64,000 bases of DNA from an uncultured Clostridia bacterium (GTDB taxonomy: Bacteria > Bacillota > Clostridia > Christensenellales > Borkfalkiaceae), in NCBI GenBank assembly GCA_934247935.1, contig CAKQKE010000003.1, forward strand, positions 12,964-76,963, read 5' to 3'. Each line of letters starts with the position of its first letter. Position 1 is the stretch's first letter. The position numbers were made by a program, and so were the translations under genes. Under the pieces are notes generated by a model. The model ran no database searches. It saw nothing but the letters and a program-made list of their open reading frames with translations, and was not told the DNA's origin. Positions 30,113-40,500 of the stretch are shown here, piece after piece.

Positions 30113-30145
30113 ATTATATTACAACAAACATCAACCCATTGTCAA
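30113..30145 (-). promoter_or_regulatory. Candidate S10 operon promoter (TTGACA, then TAATAT/TATAAT) with an A/T-rich upstream tract
   Basis: On the minus strand, TTGACA is at 30145-30140. TAATAT is at 30121-30116 (18-nt spacer), overlapping TATAAT at 30118-30113. Confidence 0.5.
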
Positions 30146-30696
30146 ATATTTTTTCACTGTTTTTTAACTTTTTTTCATTATTTTTTAATTATATGGTTTT
30201 TTTACGGATTCCGGGTCGAATTATCCCGATTTTACCGTAAATTTTGCTTTAATAATATTTTTTAACCCACCATCGCCGTTTTATCTTTGTTATGTTTGAG
30301 AGAATACGCTTTTTGAGATTACGTTTTTGAATTTATATACAAAAGCAATTATACTATTTCGTTTTTATCGACTCTATTTTGCAAACATCTCCCCGCTTTA
30401 ACGCACCGCTTGTTTAATATTGTCGCACCCATAAATCAAACGCTCTTTTACACGCTTTACAAAACCTCTTTTATCGCACGCGGCAACCGCAATTATATAC
30501 CCCATTACACCCGCAATATATTTACCCGACCGATTTATCCGCCCGACACCCATATTATAATAATAAGGAATAAGTTTTTGCGGCGTAAATTAAGCCGTAT
30601 TCGCACAACGCAAATTCTACCGCAACTTAATTAAAGAGACGTTTAAAAGCCGCGCAGATTTTTCGGCACGGCTTAAATTTAAATTTTATCAGATTT

Positions 30697-33096
30697 TTAT
30701 AACGTTTCGAGCAATTTGTCTTTATAAATGTTTGGCAACGACTTTTTATCTTTTTTCTTCGTCGTCATTTCGTTTACTACGGATACAAACTCATCCACGC
30801 TTTTGCAAGCGACAAGTTTTTCGTATAAATCGCTTCTTAAATCGTTGTCTCCGTCAAGGCGACGAACAGCGTAACCCGCATTGCGTTTTAAAAGCGCGAG
30901 TTTGTCTTCTTTTTTGTATTCGACCTCGACAATATACGTTTTATCGAAGTCTGAATTATCCAATATAACCGAAGTATAGTCTGTTTCGACAGTCTCGGGC
31001 GTTTGCTCGTTTTCGCCGCATAAAACCTTGATTTTGCCGTCGTGAATGTTTTTAAACGCAAGCCTTAACGACCTGTCGCAAGGAATTACGCCGCTTTCGC
31101 CCTCGAACGTTATTTTCAGGCACTGCTTACCGTCTTTTTCAAACGAAGTGAAATTCGTTCTGAACACTTTATCGTTGCCGTCGTCTTCTACAAGTTGAAA
31201 ACTGCCGTTGCCGTTGTACACCTCTACGTTAAGCGAGTGAGGATTTTGCACGCTGTTAAACGTTTTGTCTCTGCTCGTGACGAAAAACCCGCCCTCTTTT
31301 GCGAACACGGGAATTGTATCTAACCACCTGACGATTGTTCTTTCGCCGCCTTCGTAAGTTTCACCGGTAAAAATATCGGTCCATTTACCGTCGGGGAAAT
31401 AAATTTTTTGCTTTACAAAACCGTTGAAAGAATGTTTTGTAATCGGACTGACAAGCAGTTGCCCTGCGAAAATATACTCGTTTTTGTAGTCGTACGCTTG
31501 CTTTTTATGCGGTTCGTAATAATAAAGCGGCTCTACAATCGCTTGTCCTTTTTCGTGAGTCAGATAATCCGCCGAGTATAAATAAGGTATCATTGCGTGG
31601 CGCAATCTCAACGCCTCTTCCGCCATATAACCTATTCCGTTCATGTAAAACCACGGCTCTTTGTTGCACATGGGGTTACACGAACAATGAAGTCGATTTA
31701 TCGGGCTGAACACGCCGAATTGCAAATATCTCAGATATTGTTCTCCGTCCTTCTGACCGTTCATATGACCGCCGATATCGTGACTCCACCACGTGTATCC
31801 GATATTCGATGCGGTCGAGGTAAAATAAGGAATATAATCGAGAGTTTCCCAATTTATAATGGTATCGCCCGAAAAGCCGAGCGGGTATCTGTGTGCGCCC
31901 ACTCCGCAATATCTCGACAAAATAAGCGGCTTGTCGTCTTTGGCTTTATCGAGGAAATGATAATGATTGAGAGCCCACAGCGGGTCTAACCCTTCTTTTT
32001 TGCTGTCGGTGCCCTGTTGCCAATCTATCCACCAGAATTTTACGCCGTCTTTTTCATAAGGTTTGTGCAAAATCGAGAAATACGCATTGATAAAGTTTGC
32101 GTCGGAGCAATCGAATTCTATTTGTTTTCCGCCGCTTGAATCCGCGTTTAACGCTTTAGCGAAATCTTCATACATGTCTTCAAACCACCTGACGCCGAGC
32201 GCGGGGTGGAGATTGAGCGTAATGGCGTAATTGCGCTTTTTTATTTCGTTTAAAAACTTTTTGTAATCGGGAAACAAGTCTTTATTCCAACTATACCCCG
32301 TCCAGCCGTCGTTTCCGCCGTAATAAGGGGTGTTTCTGCCGAGTTCGGTAATGTGCTTTTGTTTGTCGAGGTCGTTTGAATAGTGCCAATCCATATCGAT
32401 CGTCGCCACTGTAAAAGGTATATTTCTCTCTTCAAACGAGTCTAAAAGATTTAAATATTCTTTATCGGTATAGGCGTGATATCTGCTCCACCAGTTGCCA
32501 AGCGCATATCTGGGAATAAGCGGTACGCTTCCGCAAATCGTAAACAACGCCTTTACCGCACCCCTGTAGTCGTCGCCGTAAGCAAAAACGTATTCGTCGC
32601 GTATTTGGTTGTAAGCGACGTCCAATTCGCCGTTTTCCTTTAAAACGAGCGAACGGGTATCGTCGACCACCGCAACGCCCGTCAACGAGCAAACTCCCGT
32701 ACCCATTTTAATTTCTTCGCCCGTCTCGAAGTCTCTGTTTGCACTCATTCTGTCGAGAGTTCGATATGTACCCATAAGGTTGCCCTCGTTGGAAATTCTG
32801 ACTTTGTTGCCGTTTAAAATAACGTAAGATTTTCCGTAATCTTTATTAACTGCTATTTGCACCGCTTCCGTATCGATACAAATACAGCCGTCATTTTGTC
32901 TCGTTTTATACTTCACGGGCGGCATATCCCTGAACCAAACCGTTTGGGTCGCATTGTCGTTGAAAATTCGTTTTTCGTCTTCTTCTATACGGAAAAGTCT
33001 GTCGGTCAACACGGTAATTCTGTAATTCAACCAACGAATTACGTTTTTGTCGTTTGCCTTGGGACTCGTCTTCGCTATTAAATGTTTATCGAGCAT
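30697..33096 (-). CDS. Glycoside hydrolase family 31 enzyme; substrate not assignable from sequence alone
   Basis: 799 aa with ATIDMDWHY, KFWWIDWQQG and GYTWWSHDIGGH, which are typical of GH31 catalytic barrels. Confidence 0.8.
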   Translation of the reverse strand: MLDKHLIAKTSPKANDKNVIRWLNYRITVLTDRLFRIEEDEKRIFNDNATQTVWFRDMPPVKYKTRQNDGCICIDTEAVQIAVNKDYGKSYVILNGNKVRISNEGNLMGTYRTLDRMSANRDFETGEEIKMGTGVCSLTGVAVVDDTRSLVLKENGELDVAYNQIRDEYVFAYGDDYRGAVKALFTICGSVPLIPRYALGNWWSRYHAYTDKEYLNLLDSFEERNIPFTVATIDMDWHYSNDLDKQKHITELGRNTPYYGGNDGWTGYSWNKDLFPDYKKFLNEIKKRNYAITLNLHPALGVRWFEDMYEDFAKALNADSSGGKQIEFDCSDANFINAYFSILHKPYEKDGVKFWWIDWQQGTDSKKEGLDPLWALNHYHFLDKAKDDKPLILSRYCGVGAHRYPLGFSGDTIINWETLDYIPYFTSTASNIGYTWWSHDIGGHMNGQKDGEQYLRYLQFGVFSPINRLHCSCNPMCNKEPWFYMNGIGYMAEEALRLRHAMIPYLYSADYLTHEKGQAIVEPLYYYEPHKKQAYDYKNEYIFAGQLLVSPITKHSFNGFVKQKIYFPDGKWTDIFTGETYEGGERTIVRWLDTIPVFAKEGGFFVTSRDKTFNSVQNPHSLNVEVYNGNGSFQLVEDDGNDKVFRTNFTSFEKDGKQCLKITFEGESGVIPCDRSLRLAFKNIHDGKIKVLCGENEQTPETVETDYTSVILDNSDFDKTYIVEVEYKKEDKLALLKRNAGYAVRRLDGDNDLRSDLYEKLVACKSVDEFVSVVNEMTTKKKDKKSLPNIYKDKLLETL

Positions 33097-33127
33097 ATAA
33101 GCCGCCTCCGATTGTGTTTACTTAAAC

Positions 33128-33156
33128 ATTTTACAATACCTCAAACCGCTTGTCAA
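33128..33156 (-). promoter_or_regulatory. Promoter TTGACA-17-TAAAAT for the GH31 gene
   Basis: On the minus strand, TTGACA is at 33156-33151 and TAAAAT at 33133-33128. Confidence 0.55.
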
Positions 33157-33252
33157 TATCAAAACAGTATTTTTATAAACTTTTAAACAATAAATATAAA
33201 AACTGTGATATTCAGCGAATCCAAGCGGCCGAATTGTGTTGTTTTCCACCAC

Positions 33253-33277
33253 TTTTACCGCATACGTATTATGTAAA
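33253..33277. repeat. Copy E of the palindrome family, 23 nt after the spoIVFB stop
   Basis: TTTTACCGCATACGTATTATGTAAA. Confidence 0.7.
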
Positions 33278-33299
33278 CGCGACAATTCGCTTGATTTTT

Positions 33300-34166
33300 T
33301 TATTTTTCGGCGACGTTTGAACAGGCATTTAAATAATCGCCCAGACAATCGTACGGAGAAGCCTTTTCGAGCATGTTTGCGACGTCGCTTACAGACATCG
33401 TTTTTATGGTTTTTGCACCGCCCGTCATCACTTCAATTTCATACAGACAGTCGCTGTCGATAAGTTTTGTTATTCTTTTTACGGGGGTTGTCTTTAAAAG
33501 AGCGAGTTTTTTCACTTCGCAACCGCGCTTTAAAGAACTTTCATAAAGGTTCGAATAAATTCTTATATACGTATTTTCTCCGTTTTTATCGATAATCCCC
33601 GCAAAGACGAATGAGGCAAAAAACAAAAACGTGAAATTGACGGAATAAAAACAACTTATCGCAAACAAGCAAAGTAATATGGCAGTAAATATTATTCCCA
33701 TGATTTTTACCGCCTTTATGGCAGTTTTACGACACACGTATAGCGATAAAGTGGACAAAAGTATGCGTCCGCCGTCGAGCGGATAGGCGGGAATGAAGTT
33801 GATTAAAGCAATCGAGACGTTGGCATAAACCACGCTTTCGGTATAAGGGTAAATTTCGGGCACAAGCCACCACAAAGCGGTAAAAAACAAACCGATGCCC
33901 AAATTTAAAAGAGGTCCGGCAAGCGCAATTCGTATTTCGTCGCGATATTTAAGCCCGCTCAGGTCTCCGCTTATCACTGCGCCGTAAGGCATAAGCACCA
34001 CCCGTTTTAATTTATAACCGAGTTCTTCCGACACATAAGAGTGTCCCATTTCGTGCACGATTGCCGTTATCGTGCAAATCAAAAAAGAAAATACTTTGCC
34101 GGATAAGGCAAAGTATAATCCGAAAATGTAAAATAACGGGTGTATGTATATTTTTAAACCTGCCAT
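33300..34166 (-). CDS. spoIVFB: Site-2 (M50B) intramembrane metalloprotease, SpoIVFB-like
   Basis: HEMGHSYV and NFIPAYPLDGGRIL motifs. 288 aa. Follows an M23-like gene, as in the spoIVF operon. Confidence 0.75.
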   Translation of the reverse strand: MAGLKIYIHPLFYIFGLYFALSGKVFSFLICTITAIVHEMGHSYVSEELGYKLKRVVLMPYGAVISGDLSGLKYRDEIRIALAGPLLNLGIGLFFTALWWLVPEIYPYTESVVYANVSIALINFIPAYPLDGGRILLSTLSLYVCRKTAIKAVKIMGIIFTAILLCLFAISCFYSVNFTFLFFASFVFAGIIDKNGENTYIRIYSNLYESSLKRGCEVKKLALLKTTPVKRITKLIDSDCLYEIEVMTGGAKTIKTMSVSDVANMLEKASPYDCLGDYLNACSNVAEK

Positions 34167-34984
34167 ACAACCATGCCGTCCGTTATCGTATAGTTTTTAA
34201 TGGTTTCGCCGTTGCTTAAAAACCTGATGTGTACTTTTTTACCGTTGCTATACCCGACAGGCGTGGACTTATACACGTTTTCGCCGACAAAATAATACGC
34301 GTAATCGAGACCTTCGATTGAAGTGCTGAACGAATCGCTGTGCTTGATTTTTACGCTGTAAGTTCCGTCTTCGCCTTTAACGACTTCGGCAATCGTGCCC
34401 TCGCAAGGCGCATAAACCGAACCGCTCACCGTAAAAGCCATTACACCGTCTTCTATATCGATTTTAGAAATGGTTTCGGGCGCGTTTACGGTAAAATCAT
34501 CGTATTCTTTGGCGTTTTCTGCGTTGTCGCCCGCGCCGAACACGTTTTTAAGCATAACGTTCATTCCGCTGTCTTCCCAAAAAATATTCGTGAGAAGAAT
34601 TGCGATAACAAGCACGAAAATTATCGCCACTTGCGCCGAAACTATATCAAATTTCAAATTTTGTTTCGCTTTTTTAAAGAACGACTTGATTTTGCTACCT
34701 TTTTTTGATTTATCAGACTTGTATTTTTCATAAGAAAGGTTTGCTTCGGGGTTTTGGTTATTTGTTTCGTTTGAATTTTCGGTATTTTCGTCGCACGAAC
34801 ACAAATTACCGTCGCGCTGATTACCCTCGCACGAGGCGTTGCCGCACAATTTATCGTTGACGTCTTTAAGAATTTTATTTTTCACTTTTTTTCTCTTATA
34901 AACTTGTTTAACCGGCTTAAAATAAACCTCGCAAGACGACCCTTCCATATCGAGCATGCGCTCGTATTCCACACTGCTACTCAT
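34154..34984 (-). CDS. spoIVFA: SpoIVFA-like membrane protein with a degenerate LytM/M23 domain
   Basis: Single TM (VAIIFVLVIAILLTNIFW). The C-terminal GTIAEVV...VKIKHSDSFSTSIEGL pattern is M23-like. The gene overlaps spoIVFB by 13 nt. Confidence 0.55.
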   Translation of the reverse strand: MSSSVEYERMLDMEGSSCEVYFKPVKQVYKRKKVKNKILKDVNDKLCGNASCEGNQRDGNLCSCDENTENSNETNNQNPEANLSYEKYKSDKSKKGSKIKSFFKKAKQNLKFDIVSAQVAIIFVLVIAILLTNIFWEDSGMNVMLKNVFGAGDNAENAKEYDDFTVNAPETISKIDIEDGVMAFTVSGSVYAPCEGTIAEVVKGEDGTYSVKIKHSDSFSTSIEGLDYAYYFVGENVYKSTPVGYSNGKKVHIRFLSNGETIKNYTITDGMVVWQV

Positions 34985-35074
34985 AAAAAATCTCCTTTTT
35001 CTCTCCTTTTTGCTGTCGATACTTTAAAATATGTCGCCATAACAAAAAATAGAACCGTCTTGACATATAAAAAA

Positions 35075-35104
35075 TTGACAAAATGCTTTTGCGGGTGCTA
35101 TAAT
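35075..35104 (+). promoter_or_regulatory. Near-consensus promoter TTGACA-18-TATAAT, divergent from spoIVFA
   Basis: TTGACA at 35075-35080 and TATAAT at 35099-35104. A second candidate, TTGACG-18-TAAAAT, lies at about 35188-35217. Confidence 0.6.
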
Positions 35105-35231
35105 TTAAAATTGTTTGACGGTGCATTTAAAATCGCCAACATTTCAAGGCGAAAAAGACGGCCAAAAAAGCAAAAAAGACAAAAAACAATTGACGTATTT
35201 ATATATTTAAAAGTAAAATCACGGAGAAAGA

Positions 35232-35393
35232 ATGGAAAACAACAACTCCCGGGACAAAAAAAGTCAGGACACACAAAAAGATAAAAAACAAATAGACAAA
35301 AAAAATAAAAATAAAGCCAGAATAAACGAAATGCGCCGTAAATATTTCGATTATTACGACGACGTAAAGACAAATATTAAAGAAGATTGGTAG
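35232..35393 (+). CDS. Possible small, highly basic protein (53 aa)
   Basis: Below the track cutoff. GGAGAAAG RBS. Sequence: MENNNSRDKKSQDTQKDKKQIDKKNKNKARINEMRRKYFDYYDDVKTNIKEDW. No homolog recognised. Confidence 0.3.
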   Translation: MENNNSRDKKSQDTQKDKKQIDKKNKNKARINEMRRKYFDYYDDVKTNIKEDW

Positions 35394-35635
35394 ATTTCTT
35401 TATTTACGTTTTATCGTTACGCTTTTCAGTCGATTTGCCGACGAATTATTTTATGAATCTTATGCATCTTGCCTGCTTATACCACTGAATCTTCCTAACT
35501 ATCGACTTTTATCTTTTATTTTGCCTGAATTTTTATTTCGTCAAAATAAAAACGCTTTTCAGGCGATTACCATTCCAACCTAAATTTTAAAAAGGAAAAT
35601 TGACGGATAAAGACAAATTCCGTCACAAACCGATT

Positions 35636-36469
35636 ATGAATAAAAAAGTGCTTACTTTGCAAGACATTTCTTGTTACGGTCAATGCTCGATTACCGTTGC
35701 ATTGCCCATTTTATCCGCTTGCGGACTCGAAACGGCTATTATTCCGTCGGCAGTGCTTTCAACCCACACGGGAGGTTTCACGGGGTACACTTTTTGCGAC
35801 CTCACACTGGAAATACCCAAAATTTTAAACCACTGGCAAAAGGAAAAAATATTTTTTTCGGCGATATATTCCGGTTATCTCGGCAGTGCCGAACAAATGG
35901 AATATTTAAAAGAAGCGTACAAAGTGTGCGGTCTTCCCGATTGTATAAAAATCGTAGACCCCGTAATGGCCGACAGCGGGAAATTTTACAGCGGATTTAA
36001 CTATGCTTTTGCCGAAAAAATGAAAGATTTGTGCAAAATCGCCGACGTGATCTTACCCAACCTGACCGAGGCGAGCATACTCACCGGCGAACCTTATCTC
36101 ACCGAATACGACGAAAGTTATATAAAAAAATTGGGTGAAAAACTGCTCTCTATAGGCTGCAAAACGGTAATCATCACAGGCGTGGGCTACACCAAAGAAA
36201 CCACGGGCGTAGCGGTGATAAATAAAGAAGGCTATCAATATTATTGTCATAAAAAAATACATCAACACTGCCATGGAACGGGCGATATTTTCTCTTCTGC
36301 ATTTACCGGTGCTCTCATGAACGGAAAAGATTATCTTTCGGCGGTAAAAATTGCCGCAGACTACGTTGTAAAGTGCATAGAATACACCGTAACAGACCCG
36401 ACGCATGCTTACGGAGTAAAATTCGAGCCTCTTCTTCCCGACCTTATAAAAACGATTCAACAAAACTAA
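35636..36469 (+). CDS. pdxK: Pyridoxal/pyridoxamine kinase (PdxK family)
   Basis: The N-terminus MNKKVLTLQDISCYGQCSITVALPIL and the motif HGTGDIFSSAF match the family. The track ORF starts at TTG 35600; ATG 35636 fits the family N-terminus better. Confidence 0.8.
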   Translation: MNKKVLTLQDISCYGQCSITVALPILSACGLETAIIPSAVLSTHTGGFTGYTFCDLTLEIPKILNHWQKEKIFFSAIYSGYLGSAEQMEYLKEAYKVCGLPDCIKIVDPVMADSGKFYSGFNYAFAEKMKDLCKIADVILPNLTEASILTGEPYLTEYDESYIKKLGEKLLSIGCKTVIITGVGYTKETTGVAVINKEGYQYYCHKKIHQHCHGTGDIFSSAFTGALMNGKDYLSAVKIAADYVVKCIEYTVTDPTHAYGVKFEPLLPDLIKTIQQN

Positions 36470-36488
36470 ACATAAACCATACTCTGTT

Positions 36489-36515
36489 AACGCCGCATTC
36501 AGCGGCGTTTTTTAT
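36489..36515 (+). terminator. Rho-independent terminator after pdxK
   Basis: AACGCCGC-attca-GCGGCGTT followed by a T-run. Confidence 0.85.
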
Positions 36516-36615
36516 TTTTTTATTAAAGTTGTCGACGTTGCTTCCAAACTAATCGGCAGTATTTTTTTTCATTCAAGTGCTTTAGCAAATTTACACGCAG
36601 TCAGAATATTTGATT

Positions 36616-37428
36616 TTAAGCGGCAATTAAAACGGTTATGCCGAGTAAAATTCTATAAATGCCGAAAGGTAAAAAAGTGTGCTTTTTTACAAACCCGGTC
36701 AAAAATTTTACCGCGAACAGCGAAACCACGAATGAAACCGCCATACCGAGCAGCAGCGCGGAAATTTCTTGAGCCGAAAAACAAAATCTTATTTTAATTA
36801 ATTTCAGAACGCTCATTCCCGCCATTACGGGTATTGCCATGAAAAACGCGAACTCGCTCGACGTGTTTCTGTCCGCACCGACGCACATACCGCCCGTAAC
36901 GGTCGCGCCCGAACGCGAAGTCCCCGGCACTGCCGACAAGGCTTGAAACAAACCTATCAAAAATGCTTTTTTATATGTTAATTGGCTTATATCTGTCATT
37001 TTTACAGTATACGTGTTGCTTAATCTTTCCAAAAATATAAAAACCACACCGTAAAAAATCAGCGCAACGCTTATCACAACCGGCGTATTTAAATACGTGT
37101 CGATAGTATCGCCCGCAAGCATTACAAGCACCGCCCCGGGCAAACATGCCACGCACACTTTAAGCCACATACTCACAACTTCGCCGCGCACGGAAATTTT
37201 ACCGCCAACCTTATAAATCGGCATTATTTGTTTGCGCTTTATCACTATCACGGCGATTACAGCCGCCAACTGCACCAAAATAAAATAAGCCTCTTTAAAC
37301 GACTCGCTCATTTTCATAGGTATAAATTTATCGAAAATCAGCATATGCCCCGTACTGCTTACGGGCAGCCACTCTGTAAAGCCCTCTATAATACCGGACA
37401 AAATTATCACAATGCAATTATACAACAT
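36616..37428 (-). CDS. uppP: Undecaprenyl-diphosphate phosphatase
   Basis: EWLPVSSTGHMLI and PGTSRSGATVTGG motifs. Confidence 0.9.
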   Translation of the reverse strand: MLYNCIVIILSGIIEGFTEWLPVSSTGHMLIFDKFIPMKMSESFKEAYFILVQLAAVIAVIVIKRKQIMPIYKVGGKISVRGEVVSMWLKVCVACLPGAVLVMLAGDTIDTYLNTPVVISVALIFYGVVFIFLERLSNTYTVKMTDISQLTYKKAFLIGLFQALSAVPGTSRSGATVTGGMCVGADRNTSSEFAFFMAIPVMAGMSVLKLIKIRFCFSAQEISALLLGMAVSFVVSLFAVKFLTGFVKKHTFLPFGIYRILLGITVLIAA

Positions 37429-37492
37429 ATATATTACCTCAACACAATATATTTTTAAACCTTGACAATTATGCCGACATTATGCAAAATTA

Positions 37493-37526
37493 CCGTTTTT
37501 ACGCAATACGTGTTTTGTAAAAAAGC
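37493..37526. repeat. Copy F of the palindrome family
   Basis: CCGTTTTTACGCAATACGTGTTTTGTAAAAAAGC, located between the stop at 37587 and the uppP start. Confidence 0.75.
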
Positions 37527-37586
37527 ACCAAAAAGGGGTTTGACGAACAATTCGCCAAACCCCTTTTTATAAGGAAAATTAAATTT

Positions 37587-40500
37587 TTAAGATTGCATTT
37601 TAGCCACAATACCGCCGCGACTAAATTGATAAGATACACAGTTGTCTTTCCATAAAAGTCTGCCGTCCTGATCGTGTTGTACGGAGTTTTCGTACCCCTT
37701 ATCGGTTTCGCCGGGAGTGTAAGAAAGCAACCACACGTATCCGTAAGGTCCGTCTTGAGGATTATCGAGATTGTTTGCAAAACCGAAATAAATTTCGTAA
37801 TTAATCTCGTACCTGAATCCGTCGAAATCTTCTCCTCTGTCGGTAATGTTTACTCTGTACTCGAATCCCGTCACGTTGTTGTTGCTGTTGAGATAATAAC
37901 TTCCGTCGAGGAAGAATGCGAGATACGTTCCGCCCCAACCGTAACCTACGCCGTGATTGTAAACTTTCATTTCGATGTGAGTACCCTCTTGCCATCCTTT
38001 ATCTCCGCCCAAAACGGTGTAATTGTCGACGTATTGCTTAAAGTTGACGTACAAGCCGTCGTCTGCGGCAAAACCCCTGTACTCGTATCTGTCGGGAGAG
38101 GAAGAATGTACGCAAATTTCACTGTCCCATGCGGGCCACTCGACGCTGTCGAATACCGATTTCGTCACTTCATCGTTGCCGAGAGCCTTGTTGATTTTTT
38201 CAGTGATGAGTTTATATCCCGCCACCGTCGGGTGCAATCCGTCGGTAAACCAAGCGGCGTTAACTTCGCCGTTTTCGTCGCAAAAAACGTTTTCAACGTC
38301 GATATACACAACATAATCGCTGTTGTTTTCGGCGAGATCTTTATAAAGTTTGTTGAGTTCGATAATTTTTTGTTTTAAACCGTTCGTATTCGTGCTTACG
38401 CAGTGATTGACAGCAAAAAGCAATATCTTCGTATCGGGAAGCACCTCGTGTACGCCCGTGACGAATTTTTCTACGTTTGTAAAGGCGGTTTCAACGGACA
38501 AACCTCTGAAAAGGTCGTTACAGCCGATATAGTAAATTAAAAGTTTGGGATTGTACGCTTTTACCGAAGGAACAAGTTTTACCCAATCGTCCGCGACCGA
38601 ACCGGAAATACCCTCGTTGTACACGCTGCCGATGCCTTTTACGTCCCTAAGGTCGTTTTTATAATTAGACCAAAGTTCCATATAAGAGTGCCCTGCAATC
38701 AGCGTGTCGACTTCTCTGTTTTCAACTTCCGTCGATACGGTAACGTTGCAAAGTTCTGCGCCGGGGGCATCAGCCATAAAGCCTATACTTTCGCCGCCGT
38801 CGTAGTCGCTGGTAAAGTAAAGAGTTTTGAAATAATAGCAATAATATTTTCCGTCTTTAATTTCAACTTTAATCGGGAACGATTGATTGGTAAAGAATGA
38901 CGCCGTGAGATAATTTGTGCCGATGACGGTTTCCTGACCGTTTTCAAATTTACTCAGTCCCACAAACCAATTAATTTTGCTTACGTATAAAGCGTAATAA
39001 GACGAAACGTTCGCTTCCTCTTTATAACCGAAAACTATGCCGGCCCTCGAATCGGATATATTGATAAGCGAAGCGGAATAAGTACCTTCGTTTAAGGTAA
39101 ACGAGTCGTTTATCGCAACGGTACCATACGCCCTCGAATATAAAATTTTGTTATCTTTAAGTTGCACTTCGCCTTGTTTTGCCGTATGCGTATAAGCGGG
39201 TAAACTTGTGTCGGCATATGCGGGATTGTCACGATCGGCGATACCGTTTGCTCTGAAATTGTAAGAATTGCCGTCGTCTTTCCATAAATCTCTGTCACCG
39301 TCTTTTGTTATTTGAGTTGCGTTTTCATATCCGTCGTGCGTTTCGCCGGGAGTATAACTCATAAGTTGAACGTAAGCATACGGACCGTCTGGACTACCGA
39401 CGTTGTTGGGAAATGAAATATAAATTTCATAACTTATTTCATATCTGAATCCGTCGTAAGTTTCGCCTCTGTCGGTCACCGTGACCTGGTTGACTATTCT
39501 GTTTATATTGTTAGTGTTATTGACGTAATAACTACCGTCCATAAAGAACCCGAAATACGTTCCGCTCCAACCGTAACCGATTCCGTGATTGAATACTTCG
39601 GTTTCGACGTGAGTTATGTTTTTCCAGACGCCGCCGACGTTTCCTCTTTTATAGGTGTCAACGTATTGCACGAAATTGATATAAAGACCGTCGCTTGCCG
39701 ATTTGCCCCTGTAATTGTATCTTTCGGGCGCATCCGACTGATAAGCGCAATCTTTCCAATCGGTCCATGCGGGGAAATCGTATTCGTCGGAGACGATGCC
39801 GTCATTTTCCAACTTGTAAAATTCTATCGGGTTTTGCGGATAATGTTTGTTCGCCCAAAGCCAATCCTGAGCCTCCTGCTGTCCTTCGCCGTTCATTCTG
39901 TCGCAAATATACGCGCTTTCGTTGGGCGTTTTTACCGCGTAAGCGAAAGTGAGCGATTGCGGTTTTTCGGTGAGCCCCAAAGTGGAATAAGGAATCATTA
40001 CTTCGTACACGTACTCGTATTTATATCCGTATTTACTCGTCGAATCTATTTGCTTTACGGTTACTTTATTGAAAAGCGCGTCGTACACCGGCACGTAATC
40101 GCCATGGCCGCTTACGCCGATATCTATTTCATAACCGCCGTCAACGTCGACGCCTATGCGGTAATAACCGTTGTTGAATACCGTGCTTTTATAATCTTTT
40201 AAAGTGCCGATAAGTATTTCGATACCGTCGTTATTCCAGATATTGTCGCTGCCGGAAGACATAACCTTGTCTTTTATTTTAGCGATGAAATATACGCCGT
40301 CGTCTAAAATCGCGGCTTTTGTTTCAGCCCTGACTTCTTCGCCGAAATTATTTTCGTCAACTTCTTTAAGTTGCAAGGTCGCGCCTTGATAAGTCTGTTC
40401 GTCGAAATTACAATCGAGTTGCTTCTGAGGCTGAGTTTCAAGACCTACGTCTACAAAACCGTTTGCATCGACTTGCGCATAACCGGTGGGCAAACTGTGA

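Noticed and set aside
30400-30560. Cluster of TTATCC/TTTAC-type 9-mers that could be DnaA boxes (oriC-like).
   Set aside because: The best match is 7 of 9 to TTATCCACA. There is no dnaA/dnaN context and no AT-rich unwinding element next to the cluster.
34904-35373. Overlapping track ORFs 34904..35284 (+) and 35098..35373 (-).
   Set aside because: Both are poly-Lys or poly-Phe readings of an A-rich intergenic stretch. Only the 53-aa ORF at 35232..35393 has an RBS and a promoter, and even that is low confidence.
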